From: a virus
Taxonomy: Duplodnaviria > Caudoviricetes
Strand: one strand, 5' to 3'
IMG/VR virus record: IMGVR_UViG_3300033067_001157
Span: 1-33,511 of that record
Length of the DNA: 33,511 bases
The number at the start of each line of letters is the position of its first letter. The stretch's first letter is position 1. The notes below the pieces were generated by a model. That model had not been told where the DNA came from. It saw only the letters and a program-made list of their open reading frames with translations, and did no database searches. Shown here piece by piece: positions 25,820 through 33,398 of this stretch. The position numbers and the translations under genes are program-made.

Positions 25820-25965
25820 TACCGTCCTCGCATCTTGGTGGTTTGCTTGGGTTTGGAATGCGTCGATGGCTTGGCCATGACGCGGTTATTGGCCACTTTC
25901 TGCGGCCCGCGATATTTCTCCATCTCGCGCTGGACCTGCACGCCTGTCTTGGGCTTGTCGGCCAT
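25819..25965 (-). CDS. Small basic protein (48 aa)
   Basis: MADKPKTGVQVQREMEKYRGPQK...KMRGR; starts 2 nt after the upstream stop; TAATG overlap with the scaffold gene. Confidence 0.65.
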   Translation of the reverse strand: MADKPKTGVQVQREMEKYRGPQKVANNRVMAKPSTHSKPKQTTKMRGR

Positions 25966-25967
25966 GG

Positions 25968-26138
25968 CTAGTAACTGCGGGTCTTGGGTGCCGGGTAAGT
26001 CACGCCCTTGGGCCGCGGCTGGCCGTCGCCCTTGGTCATCGGCACGAACTCGGCCGCTTCCTTGGTGGACATGCCGGCCGTCTTGGCGAAAGACTTGTCG
26101 TTGGCGATCGCGTTCGCCAGGTTCTTCATACCGCTCAT
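25968..26138 (-). CDS. Small protein (56 aa), not in the ORF track
   Basis: MSGMKNLANAIANDKSFAKTAGMSTKEAAEFVPMTKGDGQPRPKGVTYPAPKTRSY; ATGA overlap; codon usage like neighbouring genes. Confidence 0.68.
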   Translation of the reverse strand: MSGMKNLANAIANDKSFAKTAGMSTKEAAEFVPMTKGDGQPRPKGVTYPAPKTRSY

Positions 26139-26260
26139 TGGGGGGCCTTTCCGTGTTCGGAGTGATAGCGGGCAGCTTCGGCCTCTGCTTCGGCATCAGC
26201 CGCCGTAAGCGGCGCATCGTGCGTTGGCTCGTGCTTCTTGTCGGTCTTCTTGTCGGTCAT
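26135..26260 (-). CDS. Small protein (41 aa), not in the ORF track
   Basis: MTDKKTDKKHEPTHDAPLTAADAEAEAEAARYHSEHGKAPQ; ATGA overlaps on both sides. Confidence 0.6.
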   Translation of the reverse strand: MTDKKTDKKHEPTHDAPLTAADAEAEAEAARYHSEHGKAPQ

Positions 26261-26733
26261 GCAGACAATTCCTTCCAAAGTTTACCGGTTTTGATTTTCC
26301 AGACGTGGCCAAAACTGACGTCGAACTCAGCCGCAATGTCTCGATATTTACCAGCCGCAGTTTTAATCGCCAATGCGGTGGCGGCGGTGATTTTTGTGCT
26401 TCCGTGTGCCTCTCCGGACAATCGGCCAGACCGGAAACGCCCCTTTGAGATGCAGTCATGCAGGTTATCTTTCGCGGTCCCAAGAAACAGATGGGCCGGA
26501 TTAACGCACGCCCTTACATCGCATGTATGGCACGCAAACAGGCCGTTCGGAATTGGCCCATTCGCCAATTCGTATGAAACCCGGTGGGCTTGAAGCGGCG
26601 CATCGGACCAGATCGGGGCACCAATCTTGCCGTAACCCTTCCAAGTGGCCCCAGTCCAAAGCCAGCATCCATTCGGCCCGTCCTTATCGACGTGCCGCCA
26701 AAACCGGATTTCGAGAGGTATTTTCCTGCTCAT
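26257..26733 (-). CDS. Free-standing HNH homing endonuclease (HNH_3 type)
   Basis: CWLWTG...YGKI...AHRVSYEL..GPIP...CHTCD.R.CVNP.HLFLGT..DN..D...KGR plus C-terminal HTH. Confidence 0.92.
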   Translation of the reverse strand: MSRKIPLEIRFWRHVDKDGPNGCWLWTGATWKGYGKIGAPIWSDAPLQAHRVSYELANGPIPNGLFACHTCDVRACVNPAHLFLGTAKDNLHDCISKGRFRSGRLSGEAHGSTKITAATALAIKTAAGKYRDIAAEFDVSFGHVWKIKTGKLWKELSA

Positions 26734-27146
26734 TTTGTTTTAATGCCCGCGACATCGACATCTTGGCACAATCTATAATGGCGGCCATCAGCGCCCTCGA
26801 TCAGAAGGCCAGCATATTTGGCAATCTCGACGCGATCACCGGCCTTCGGAACAAGGCCGGGCCAGGCGCGGTCTGAATTGGGCCAGTCTGTGAATGCTGC
26901 GCCGCCCACCGCCACGATGGTGCCCTGCGTGACGGCCAAGGACATGCGCTCGACCACATCGGCCGGCATCGTGATGAGGCCGCTGGCGGTATTGGCGTCC
27001 ACCCAATCGGTCATCACAAGAATCTTGGTCCCGATCGGCTCGCAGCCAGAAGCGTTGCCCTCATAGGGGTGGGCCACCAGCTTGATAAACGACTTTTTGG
27101 CGGGATCGGGGAGGCGCTTGGCGAGGCCTAAATCGACGTTGGTCAC
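26730..27146 (-). CDS. groES: GroES/Cpn10-like co-chaperonin
   Basis: GTG at 27146 overlaps the upstream TGA; P.G..ILV......TASGLI.MP...GTIVAVG...PKAGDRV.IAKYAG......Y.L..D.DV matches Cpn10. Confidence 0.85.
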   Translation of the reverse strand: MTNVDLGLAKRLPDPAKKSFIKLVAHPYEGNASGCEPIGTKILVMTDWVDANTASGLITMPADVVERMSLAVTQGTIVAVGGAAFTDWPNSDRAWPGLVPKAGDRVEIAKYAGLLIEGADGRHYRLCQDVDVAGIKTK

Positions 27147-27400
27147 TTGGCGTCCTTTGCTTGGGGCTCCGGCTCGTCCGGTATGCCATAGAACTTCTTG
27201 ATGGTCTTGTAATCCATTTCGGCCAGGTCTTTCAAATTCTGGCAGCGAAAAATGGCTTCGTGCAGTTCGGTGTCCTTGAAAGCCCCCTCCGCAATGGACT
27301 CCATGATGTTGGCCCGGCTGTCCAACAGGTAGCGTTTCATGGCCGCCCAGCCGGACGAAGCCGCAAGCCCCTGCCATTCGTCTTGGGTCATGGCAATCAT
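27143..27400 (-). CDS. Hypothetical protein (85 aa)
   Basis: ATGA overlap with the hydrolase stop; helical protein upstream of groES. Confidence 0.7.
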   Translation of the reverse strand: MIAMTQDEWQGLAASSGWAAMKRYLLDSRANIMESIAEGAFKDTELHEAIFRCQNLKDLAEMDYKTIKKFYGIPDEPEPQAKDAK

Positions 27401-27792
27401 TTCACGCCTCGATAAAACTTGTGATGGCCGAACTGGCCACAGAATATCGCACCCTGTACCCATGCCGGCGGATCGATCGACACGGCGTAATAGTGGGTGG
27501 CACCACCGGTCATATCGGCCTCGCTATGCGCCCCGGCGATGATATCGCGCATCCGGCACAGGGTTTTGTCATCCTCTGCCAAGCTGCAGGCGCCCGCAAA
27601 ATTCGGGTCGTGCGGCATATACCACCCGCTGAACTGGCCTTTCCAAAGGCAGACGGAAGCCAGAGTGCGCCCCCAGCGCCCGTCTTTCAGGCGATTCCAG
27701 ATGACCGATGCAACGGCTTTTTGGCCGTCCAGAGGCTCACCACGGGCTTCCTGCCATAAGGTTCGGGCTGCCACTTCATAGGAAAAGCTCAT
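27397..27792 (-). CDS. SleB/CwlJ-type cell wall hydrolase (Hydrolase_2), probable endolysin
   Basis: ARTLWQEARGE...AVA.VI.NR...QFS.W...GATHYYA....P.W......GHHKFY; ATG 27792 overlaps the upstream TGA. Confidence 0.9.
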   Translation of the reverse strand: MSFSYEVAARTLWQEARGEPLDGQKAVASVIWNRLKDGRWGRTLASVCLWKGQFSGWYMPHDPNFAGACSLAEDDKTLCRMRDIIAGAHSEADMTGGATHYYAVSIDPPAWVQGAIFCGQFGHHKFYRGVK

Positions 27793-28058
27793 GACGCGGT
27801 CCTGCGGCGACCGCTTGGTGCCCTGGCACCCGTCAGCATTTCCTTGGTCACCCATGGCAGCGCGTGCGGCTTGGCCTCGAATTTGGCCTGGTCGGCCGGT
27901 ACTGGCCGCCGATATTTTGCCCTGTATTCGGGGTGCAGGTAGTTTTGCACTGCACCAAGAGAGCAGCGACGGCGCTTGGCGATCTCCGCAGGCACGAATT
28001 CCGCCTCAATATCGGCCTTTATGCCCGACACCTGCCACTCAGTGAGGCGGGCGGGCAT
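27789..28058 (-). CDS. Small HTH-like protein (89 aa)
   Basis: PAEIAKRRRCSLGAVQNYL resembles an HTH; TGATG overlap with the portal gene. Confidence 0.6.
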   Translation of the reverse strand: MPARLTEWQVSGIKADIEAEFVPAEIAKRRRCSLGAVQNYLHPEYRAKYRRPVPADQAKFEAKPHALPWVTKEMLTGARAPSGRRRTAS

Positions 28059-30031
28059 CAGGCGGCCACCGGGGCATCTGGGGCGGGCGCGGCCGCAGCC
28101 TGCTGGGCTTGTTGCTGCGCCCCGGCATGAGCCGTCAGGGTGTCCAGGATCAAGCGTAGGTGGCCAAGGTCTATGGCACCACCGGCCGCTTCGGCATCGG
28201 CCAGCGCCTTCATGGCGTTCGCCCGCTTGTTCTCGGCATCGGCGTGCATCGTGTCGATCTTGGCCGACAATTCTGCGAACTTGGCCAGCACCTCGGGAGG
28301 CGGCCCCTTAGGCGCTTCGGGGAACAGCTCGTCAATGTTCTCGATGGCGGCGGCGGCGAATATGCGGCGCAGAATGTTCTGGTCGTTAAGGCCTTTGCCA
28401 AGAAAGCCCTGCAGGAATTGCGCTCGCGCCATCCGCTGCATGTCCGACACCATCGTCGGGTCCGAAATCGGGATGATATCGCTGGGGTTGCCCTTGTAAT
28501 CGCCAGGCTTGATCTGGGGGCCCTCGGCCTGGAACGCGGCCAGCATTTCCGGGTCCAGGTATTTCTGGTTGAGCCGGTACAGCTTGGCGTATTCGTCCTT
28601 CAGGGCCCGGTGGATACGCTTGTAAATGGCCGTGAACACCTTCAGGCCCTGCTCGATCAGTGCCATGGTGGTGGTGGCCGGCGTGTTGGCGCTGGGCTCG
28701 TTACCCGAAAGCACGTCCTTGACGCTGGCGATATCCTTGCCCGCATCGATCATCAGGCCAAGCATCTGGAACAGCACCGGGCTTGGGTTCGGGAAGGTCA
28801 GCGGGACGATGTTTTCCTTCGCCGTGCCGCCAGGGCAGTCGACCTCCTGGTATTGGCCAGGCTGGAAGCGGAACGTGCCGCCCTTCAGGCGCAGACCATT
28901 TCCGATAAATCCGCCACCCGTGTTGGCCAGCGTTCCGGCATCGAGCAGCTGGTTGATGACGGTGTTGATGCCCTCATTGATCGGGGACAGCAGCCAGGCG
29001 AAGCCGACGTCGTAAAACTCGCCATCGGGGTGGGGAATGAACGGGATCTTGGTGAAATACTGAACCGCCTCGATGCAAATGATATCGCCCGTGGCCTGAT
29101 CCACTCGGACCGTGTCGGCGTCCCAATTGGCCCGGATGCGGACGACCTTCTGGCTGTCCTTGTGCACGGTGACGATATAGGGCTCCGAATAGCCGTCGTC
29201 GTCCAGATCGATGCGCCGGTGCTGCTCATAGAACTCCTGCGGGCCGTCCTCGTCGTCGGGAGCGGATTCCGGCGCCTGATATTCAAACGGGACGAACGAT
29301 TTTGACCGAAACCGCGCCTCGATCTCATGCGGATAGAGGTTGATCAGGTGGGTGATGCGCGGGGCCACTTCCAGGCACGGTGCCGAAGCATTGACCACCA
29401 GATTCATGGCGGTGACAAAATCGGAGCGGTTGCGGCCCAATTCCGGGCTGAAATAGGTCTTTTTGAACGCGCAGCCAGCAATCGGGAGATTGTGGAGCAT
29501 CCGGTCGACTTCGGGCTCCCACTCGTCCATTTCCGTCAGGCATTGCCAGGACATATGGGCGCTGACCCGGTCGGCTATGACGCGGCGCTGGCCCTGCGGG
29601 TCTGGCCCAAGGATCTGGGTCTTGACCACGCCATTGTCCGAAATGATCGCGGGATAGGCCCTGGCGGCAAACTGAATGCTGGCCGTGGTCATCAGGGGAA
29701 AGCGAATATTGGCGCTGTTAGGCCACGGGAAGGCCTTGGGTGTGGCCTTCTGCAGCGCCAGGTCCATGCCGAACTCGGTCCTGGTCTTCCAGGCCTCGCG
29801 GGACGTTTCGTCTATCTCGACGCCTTCGCAGACGTCAGAGCCGATTTTGGAAAGCTGCTCGTCGGTCAATTCGACGGCGATATTCGGGACGGTCATCAAC
29901 CGCTGAAGTTCTTGCAGGATGCTTACCGCATCGCCTTCTTCCTCGCCGCCCACATCCACATCGGGCACCAAGTCCTGGGCGCTATCGTCCATCTCGGTTT
30001 CGTCGGGTTGGTCCACGCCTGCATAAGACAT
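28058..30031 (-). CDS. Portal protein (P22-like podovirus family)
   Basis: 657 aa after TerL; FPWPNSANI..PL...A.IQF.ARAY, G.AFKK.Y, NQLLDAGTLAN..GGF, PS.VLFQMLG, TT.ALIEQG.KVFTAI.KR.HR. Confidence 0.92.
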   Translation of the reverse strand: MSYAGVDQPDETEMDDSAQDLVPDVDVGGEEEGDAVSILQELQRLMTVPNIAVELTDEQLSKIGSDVCEGVEIDETSREAWKTRTEFGMDLALQKATPKAFPWPNSANIRFPLMTTASIQFAARAYPAIISDNGVVKTQILGPDPQGQRRVIADRVSAHMSWQCLTEMDEWEPEVDRMLHNLPIAGCAFKKTYFSPELGRNRSDFVTAMNLVVNASAPCLEVAPRITHLINLYPHEIEARFRSKSFVPFEYQAPESAPDDEDGPQEFYEQHRRIDLDDDGYSEPYIVTVHKDSQKVVRIRANWDADTVRVDQATGDIICIEAVQYFTKIPFIPHPDGEFYDVGFAWLLSPINEGINTVINQLLDAGTLANTGGGFIGNGLRLKGGTFRFQPGQYQEVDCPGGTAKENIVPLTFPNPSPVLFQMLGLMIDAGKDIASVKDVLSGNEPSANTPATTTMALIEQGLKVFTAIYKRIHRALKDEYAKLYRLNQKYLDPEMLAAFQAEGPQIKPGDYKGNPSDIIPISDPTMVSDMQRMARAQFLQGFLGKGLNDQNILRRIFAAAAIENIDELFPEAPKGPPPEVLAKFAELSAKIDTMHADAENKRANAMKALADAEAAGGAIDLGHLRLILDTLTAHAGAQQQAQQAAAAPAPDAPVAA

Positions 30032-30034
30032 TCG

Positions 30035-31432
30035 CTAATATCCAGTCGTGGGGCTGCGACCGCCGGCATCGCCAGTCCCGCGCCGCGGACGGTCCTCGTC
30101 ATGGCTTTGGCGCTGGGGAATGGTCATGGCTTCGAACAGGTGCGCGAAGGCCCAGACAAGGGCGTCGACGCGGTCAGGGCTTTCCCCGGGGAGGCGATCG
30201 CTGGCGCTTTCGGGCGTGAACGCGATCTGCTGGTCCTCAAGCTCGGGGAACGTGCCAACATGGGAAATCCGGTTCTGCTCGTAAAGGGCCGCAATCGGTT
30301 CGGCGCGAATATACTTGCCGCGGGTGGCCCGCACAAGCGTCACGGGAACATCGGGGGCCACTGAGCGTATAACCCTCTCGACCATCTCGCCGCCCTGGTT
30401 GGCTTCGGCGACGATCATGTCCGCCTCGTACTTGCGATAGAGGCTGACCGCCCGGCGGGCCCATTGGTCGGGGGTGCCAACCAGGCTGCCGTCTTCCAGC
30501 ACATAGCCGTGCTGGTTTTTATCGCTGCCGGCCGCAATGATGCCCGTCTCGTTGGAACTGTCCCCGGAGGTGATGGCCGGGTCGATCGCGACCACCAGCT
30601 TGGCCAATGGCTGGACGTCCTCCACCCGCACCCGGTTCTCGTCCAGATTGCGCCGCGACCACAGGGCGCCCGGCACGTCGTCCAGGATTTCCGCCTCAAT
30701 CTCCTGGCGCCCAAGCCTGGTGCCGGCATAGCGCTCGATAACGTTGCGCCGATAGGCCATGGCCAGGTTTTGGAGGTTGTCCGTGGACGAATACCGCGTC
30801 ACCACCACGGTGGGGTCTTTCATCATGGCTTTGATCAGGGAAATGGGCCGCGGCGTGGTGGTGGCCAGCCAGCGGGGGTTTTTCCCAAGGCGAAGGCCCA
30901 GCATCAGGTTATCAAACACCAGCTGGGCGTAGCGATACTTGGCCAATTCATCGAGCCACGCCCCGTCAAACTGCGGGCCACGAAGCTGGTCGGGCTCGCG
31001 GGCGTCGTAAAGCGTGGCTTGGGCGCCATTGGGCCAGACCAGCTTTGGGCGCCCCTTGGAAGACGACCCGGTAAATGTTGGCTTGAACCAGGGCGGGGAC
31101 ACGGCGATCAGGCCGGATTCGCCGTTGACCATCACGTCTTTGCCGTCGGCCGAGGTTTCCCCGATCAGGGCGATGCGGCCCATGTTGCCGCTTTCGACGT
31201 TCTCGCGGACCCATTCGGCGCCGCTGCGCGTTTTGCCGCCACCGCGGCCGCCCAGCTGCAGCCAGCCGATCCAGTCCCCGTCCGGGGCGATCTGCTTGGG
31301 CCTGGCCCAGCGCCGCCAGTCGTACAGCAGCACGGCTTGCTCTTGCGGGGAAAGGTCGGTTTTGAGTTTCTCGCGCTGGTCAGGCGTCAGTGAGCTTATC
31401 CAGCTTTTTTGCGAGTTCGGGTCCGATTTCAT
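30035..31432 (-). CDS. terL: Terminase large subunit (Terminase_6 / GTA-like)
   Basis: Walker A GGRGGGKT, LRGPQFDGAWLDE Walker B, TTTP, nuclease motifs AIDPA, EANQGG, PDRVDA. Confidence 0.96.
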   Translation of the reverse strand: MKSDPNSQKSWISSLTPDQREKLKTDLSPQEQAVLLYDWRRWARPKQIAPDGDWIGWLQLGGRGGGKTRSGAEWVRENVESGNMGRIALIGETSADGKDVMVNGESGLIAVSPPWFKPTFTGSSSKGRPKLVWPNGAQATLYDAREPDQLRGPQFDGAWLDELAKYRYAQLVFDNLMLGLRLGKNPRWLATTTPRPISLIKAMMKDPTVVVTRYSSTDNLQNLAMAYRRNVIERYAGTRLGRQEIEAEILDDVPGALWSRRNLDENRVRVEDVQPLAKLVVAIDPAITSGDSSNETGIIAAGSDKNQHGYVLEDGSLVGTPDQWARRAVSLYRKYEADMIVAEANQGGEMVERVIRSVAPDVPVTLVRATRGKYIRAEPIAALYEQNRISHVGTFPELEDQQIAFTPESASDRLPGESPDRVDALVWAFAHLFEAMTIPQRQSHDEDRPRRGTGDAGGRSPTTGY

Positions 31433-31682
31433 TGATCACCTGCAGCGGGTTTTCTTTGTCGCCGCTCACCGTGACGGATTGGGCCGACATGCCATCCAGG
31501 CGGTTGCCGATCTCTTTCATGGCCGAGACGTCGCCTTCGGTCGCCATCTTGATCAGCCGGTGGGCCAGGATATCGAGGTGCTTGGTTTTCTTGTCCTGGG
31601 ATAGCCGGTTGACGGCCCGCATGATGGCGTGGCGCCAGAGTTTGTCGGAAAACGGGCCTGCGTAAGTGTGAGCCTTGGCCAT
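31380..31682 (-). CDS. terS: Terminase small subunit (putative)
   Basis: 100 aa upstream of TerL; A..GDVSAMKEI..RLDG...Q......G....PL pattern. Confidence 0.75.
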   Translation of the reverse strand: MAKAHTYAGPFSDKLWRHAIMRAVNRLSQDKKTKHLDILAHRLIKMATEGDVSAMKEIGNRLDGMSAQSVTVSGDKENPLQVINEIGPELAKKLDKLTDA

Positions 31683-31978
31683 TAGGGTTTCCTGCGTTTC
31701 TTGGGGGTCACTATAGCGGAAAGCGGGGTTTTCCCGTCAAGAAGCGCCTTTTCACCGGTGAAGGCCTCCCAACGGTCTATGATCACGCGGCCGTATGTCG
31801 GGTCTATTTCCACCCCATAGCAAACGCGGCCCTCCATGTGGGCAGCGATCAGGGTCGTGCCGGATCCGGCAAATGGCTCATACACACCGTCGCCAGGCTT
31901 GGCGTTTTTGGAATAGGGCTTGAGGTCCGCAATTTTCAGGTATTGGACCTGTAATTTTGTTGCGCGGGGTTTGGCCAT
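31682..31978 (-). pseudogene. Internally deleted ParB-like / N6-N4 DNA methyltransferase remnant (in frame, 98 aa)
   Basis: ParB-type start (IADLKPYSKNAK) is joined directly to the MTase motif I region (PGDGVYEPFAGSGTTLIAA...CYGVEIDP.Y..VIIDRWEAFTG); catalytic DPPY motif absent. Confidence 0.78.
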
Positions 31979-32037
31979 GGGGGTTTGGGTTTTTAAGCCT
32001 TTGCTTGGGTTTTAATTTTATTGCGTTTTCTGTTCTG

Positions 32038-32066
32038 AGATTACCCGTGTGGTGGGGACGGCACAA
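32038..32066 (-). promoter_or_regulatory. Putative sigma70-type promoter upstream of the packaging/late operon
   Basis: TTGTGC (32066-32061), 17-nt spacer, TAATCT (32043-32038), followed by an AT-rich leader. Confidence 0.45.
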
Positions 32067-32071
32067 GCGGG

Positions 32072-32236
32072 CTATTTGCGGCGCGGTTTCCTGGTGCCGG
32101 CGGTGGCCGCCCTGGCCGTGATTTCCTTAATGTCGAGGGGGCCGCGGCAAAGGTGGCGGAATTCGGAAACCTTGCACGTTCGACACTTTGGGGCTGCGCT
32201 GGCCTTGGTTTTGCGCTCGACAGGGTCTTTGCTCAT
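32072..32236 (-). CDS. Small basic protein with CxxC...HxC (54 aa)
   Basis: MSKDPVERKTKASAAPKCRTCKVSEFRHLCRG...KPRRK; GAGAG upstream; not in the ORF track. Confidence 0.55.
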   Translation of the reverse strand: MSKDPVERKTKASAAPKCRTCKVSEFRHLCRGPLDIKEITARAATAGTRKPRRK

Positions 32237-32246
32237 GGACGCTCTC

Positions 32247-32606
32247 TTATGTTTGTGGTTGAGAATTGGCGGCGGACCAGCCGGTCAGGAACCAGCACCA
32301 CGCTGCCGTGAGCGGCGACCGGCCATACTGGCGGTCTGCCATTTCAAGGCCGAACGCCCCTCTTTGCTGGGACGTTGCCTCTTGCCAGGACTTCACGTCC
32401 TTGAGCCCTTCGCACAATTGTTCGACGGTCATAGAATTTGCTCCCGATTTCTGGCGGCAGACAATTTCAGAGTGGGCCTTAGCCGTCTGCCAGGGCAGGC
32501 TTTCAGATTTGATCGCGGGACCGCAGTTCATGGCGCAGCTACCGTCATCGTGGCAGTCGCCACACGGCGGGACGCTGCGGACGCCAAAGCTTTCCAGCCC
32601 GGTCAC
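32247..32606 (-). CDS. Hypothetical Cys-rich protein (119 aa)
   Basis: GGGAGG RBS before GTG 32606 (GTGA overlap); CGDC....C.MNC cluster. Confidence 0.55.
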   Translation of the reverse strand: MTGLESFGVRSVPPCGDCHDDGSCAMNCGPAIKSESLPWQTAKAHSEIVCRQKSGANSMTVEQLCEGLKDVKSWQEATSQQRGAFGLEMADRQYGRSPLTAAWCWFLTGWSAANSQPQT

Positions 32607-32704
32607 AGGTACCTCCCCGCGAGAAATGCAGCGTCCACCAGCAGCGCAACGCCGCAAAGCAGCAGGCGAAACCAGAATGTGAACAGGCGCGGAATATCCC
32701 ACAT
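32603..32704 (-). CDS. Small hydrophobic peptide (33 aa)
   Basis: AAGGAG RBS; MWDIPRLFTFWFRLLLCGVALLVDAAFLAGRYL. Confidence 0.5.
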   Translation of the reverse strand: MWDIPRLFTFWFRLLLCGVALLVDAAFLAGRYL

Positions 32705-32717
32705 GCAAAAACGCTCC

Positions 32718-32879
32718 TTAGCTGCGATCTTCTTCTGGTGCGAAAATAGCTTCGCCCGGTCCAAGCCGTTCCCATTCAGCGGGCCAGTTCGTGCCCATAG
32801 CCTTCTTGACCATGTGCCAATCCAGTTCCCCGAATTGAGCGTGGGCGTCGAGAACGTCTTGCTTGGTCAGGTCAGGCAT
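32718..32879 (-). CDS. Hypothetical protein (53 aa)
   Basis: AAGGAG RBS; MPDLTKQDVLDAHAQFGELDWHMVKK...; not in the ORF track. Confidence 0.6.
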   Translation of the reverse strand: MPDLTKQDVLDAHAQFGELDWHMVKKAMGTNWPAEWERLGPGEAIFAPEEDRS

Positions 32880-32889
32880 AACCGCTCCT

Positions 32890-33381
32890 TTAACCGGCTG
32901 GCTTCATCAAGAAGCCCAAGCCATTTTCCTCAGCCTGCAACAGCGCAGCGATACCACGAAGGCCGCGCGCCATAAGGCATGTTCCTTGTGCCGGCGAGTT
33001 ACCGGGCTTCCCATCCGCGCCGATGAACTTGATCTTCTTGGCGACGAACAGGGTCATTTCCATTTCGGGCGCGAACTGCTGCCACCAGGGCGCCGATGTC
33101 CGGTCCGGTACCAGGCACACTCCGTTGCCGTGAAGGCAGAACTTGCGAAGCCATGGCACCAGGCCATTGCGGCCACCGAAGGGCGGGTTCATCCAGACGA
33201 AGCCGCGCCAGTCCTTGCCCAAGCTGTCGGCAGTGATGAACGCGCCGGCTGGGATCCATGGCGTCACGTCAAAGCCTGGGCTCGACACGTCCATGTCGAA
33301 CTTAGCCTGCATTGCTTCGAAGACGTGCGGCGGCGTGTACCACTCGTCTGTCGCGCCCAGGCATTGTTCGTGCGTTCCCAT
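32890..33381 (-). CDS. Phage DNA N6-adenine methyltransferase (Dam-like)
   Basis: DEWYTP, FDMDV.S (motif I region), WMNPPFG (motif IV), LVPDRTSA.WWQ, IKF. Confidence 0.88.
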   Translation of the reverse strand: MGTHEQCLGATDEWYTPPHVFEAMQAKFDMDVSSPGFDVTPWIPAGAFITADSLGKDWRGFVWMNPPFGGRNGLVPWLRKFCLHGNGVCLVPDRTSAPWWQQFAPEMEMTLFVAKKIKFIGADGKPGNSPAQGTCLMARGLRGIAALLQAEENGLGFLMKPAG

Positions 33382-33398
33382 GTGGATCAGCGGCTCCC

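Noticed and set aside
25819-26217. 132-aa ORF from the track
   Set aside because: Better explained by three short coupled ORFs; only its last 48 codons appear real.
26257-26733. Group I intron around the HNH gene
   Set aside because: No flanking non-coding sequence; both neighbouring genes are intact and directly overlapped.
31404-31410. A-AAA-AAG slippery heptamer in terS within the terS/terL overlap
   Set aside because: terL is in the +1 frame; a -1 shift meets TAA within a few codons, so no TerS-TerL fusion results.
30035-31432. Gene transfer agent cluster
   Set aside because: Only the terminase is GTA-like; portal, capsid and tail genes are podovirus-type, and phage early genes are present.
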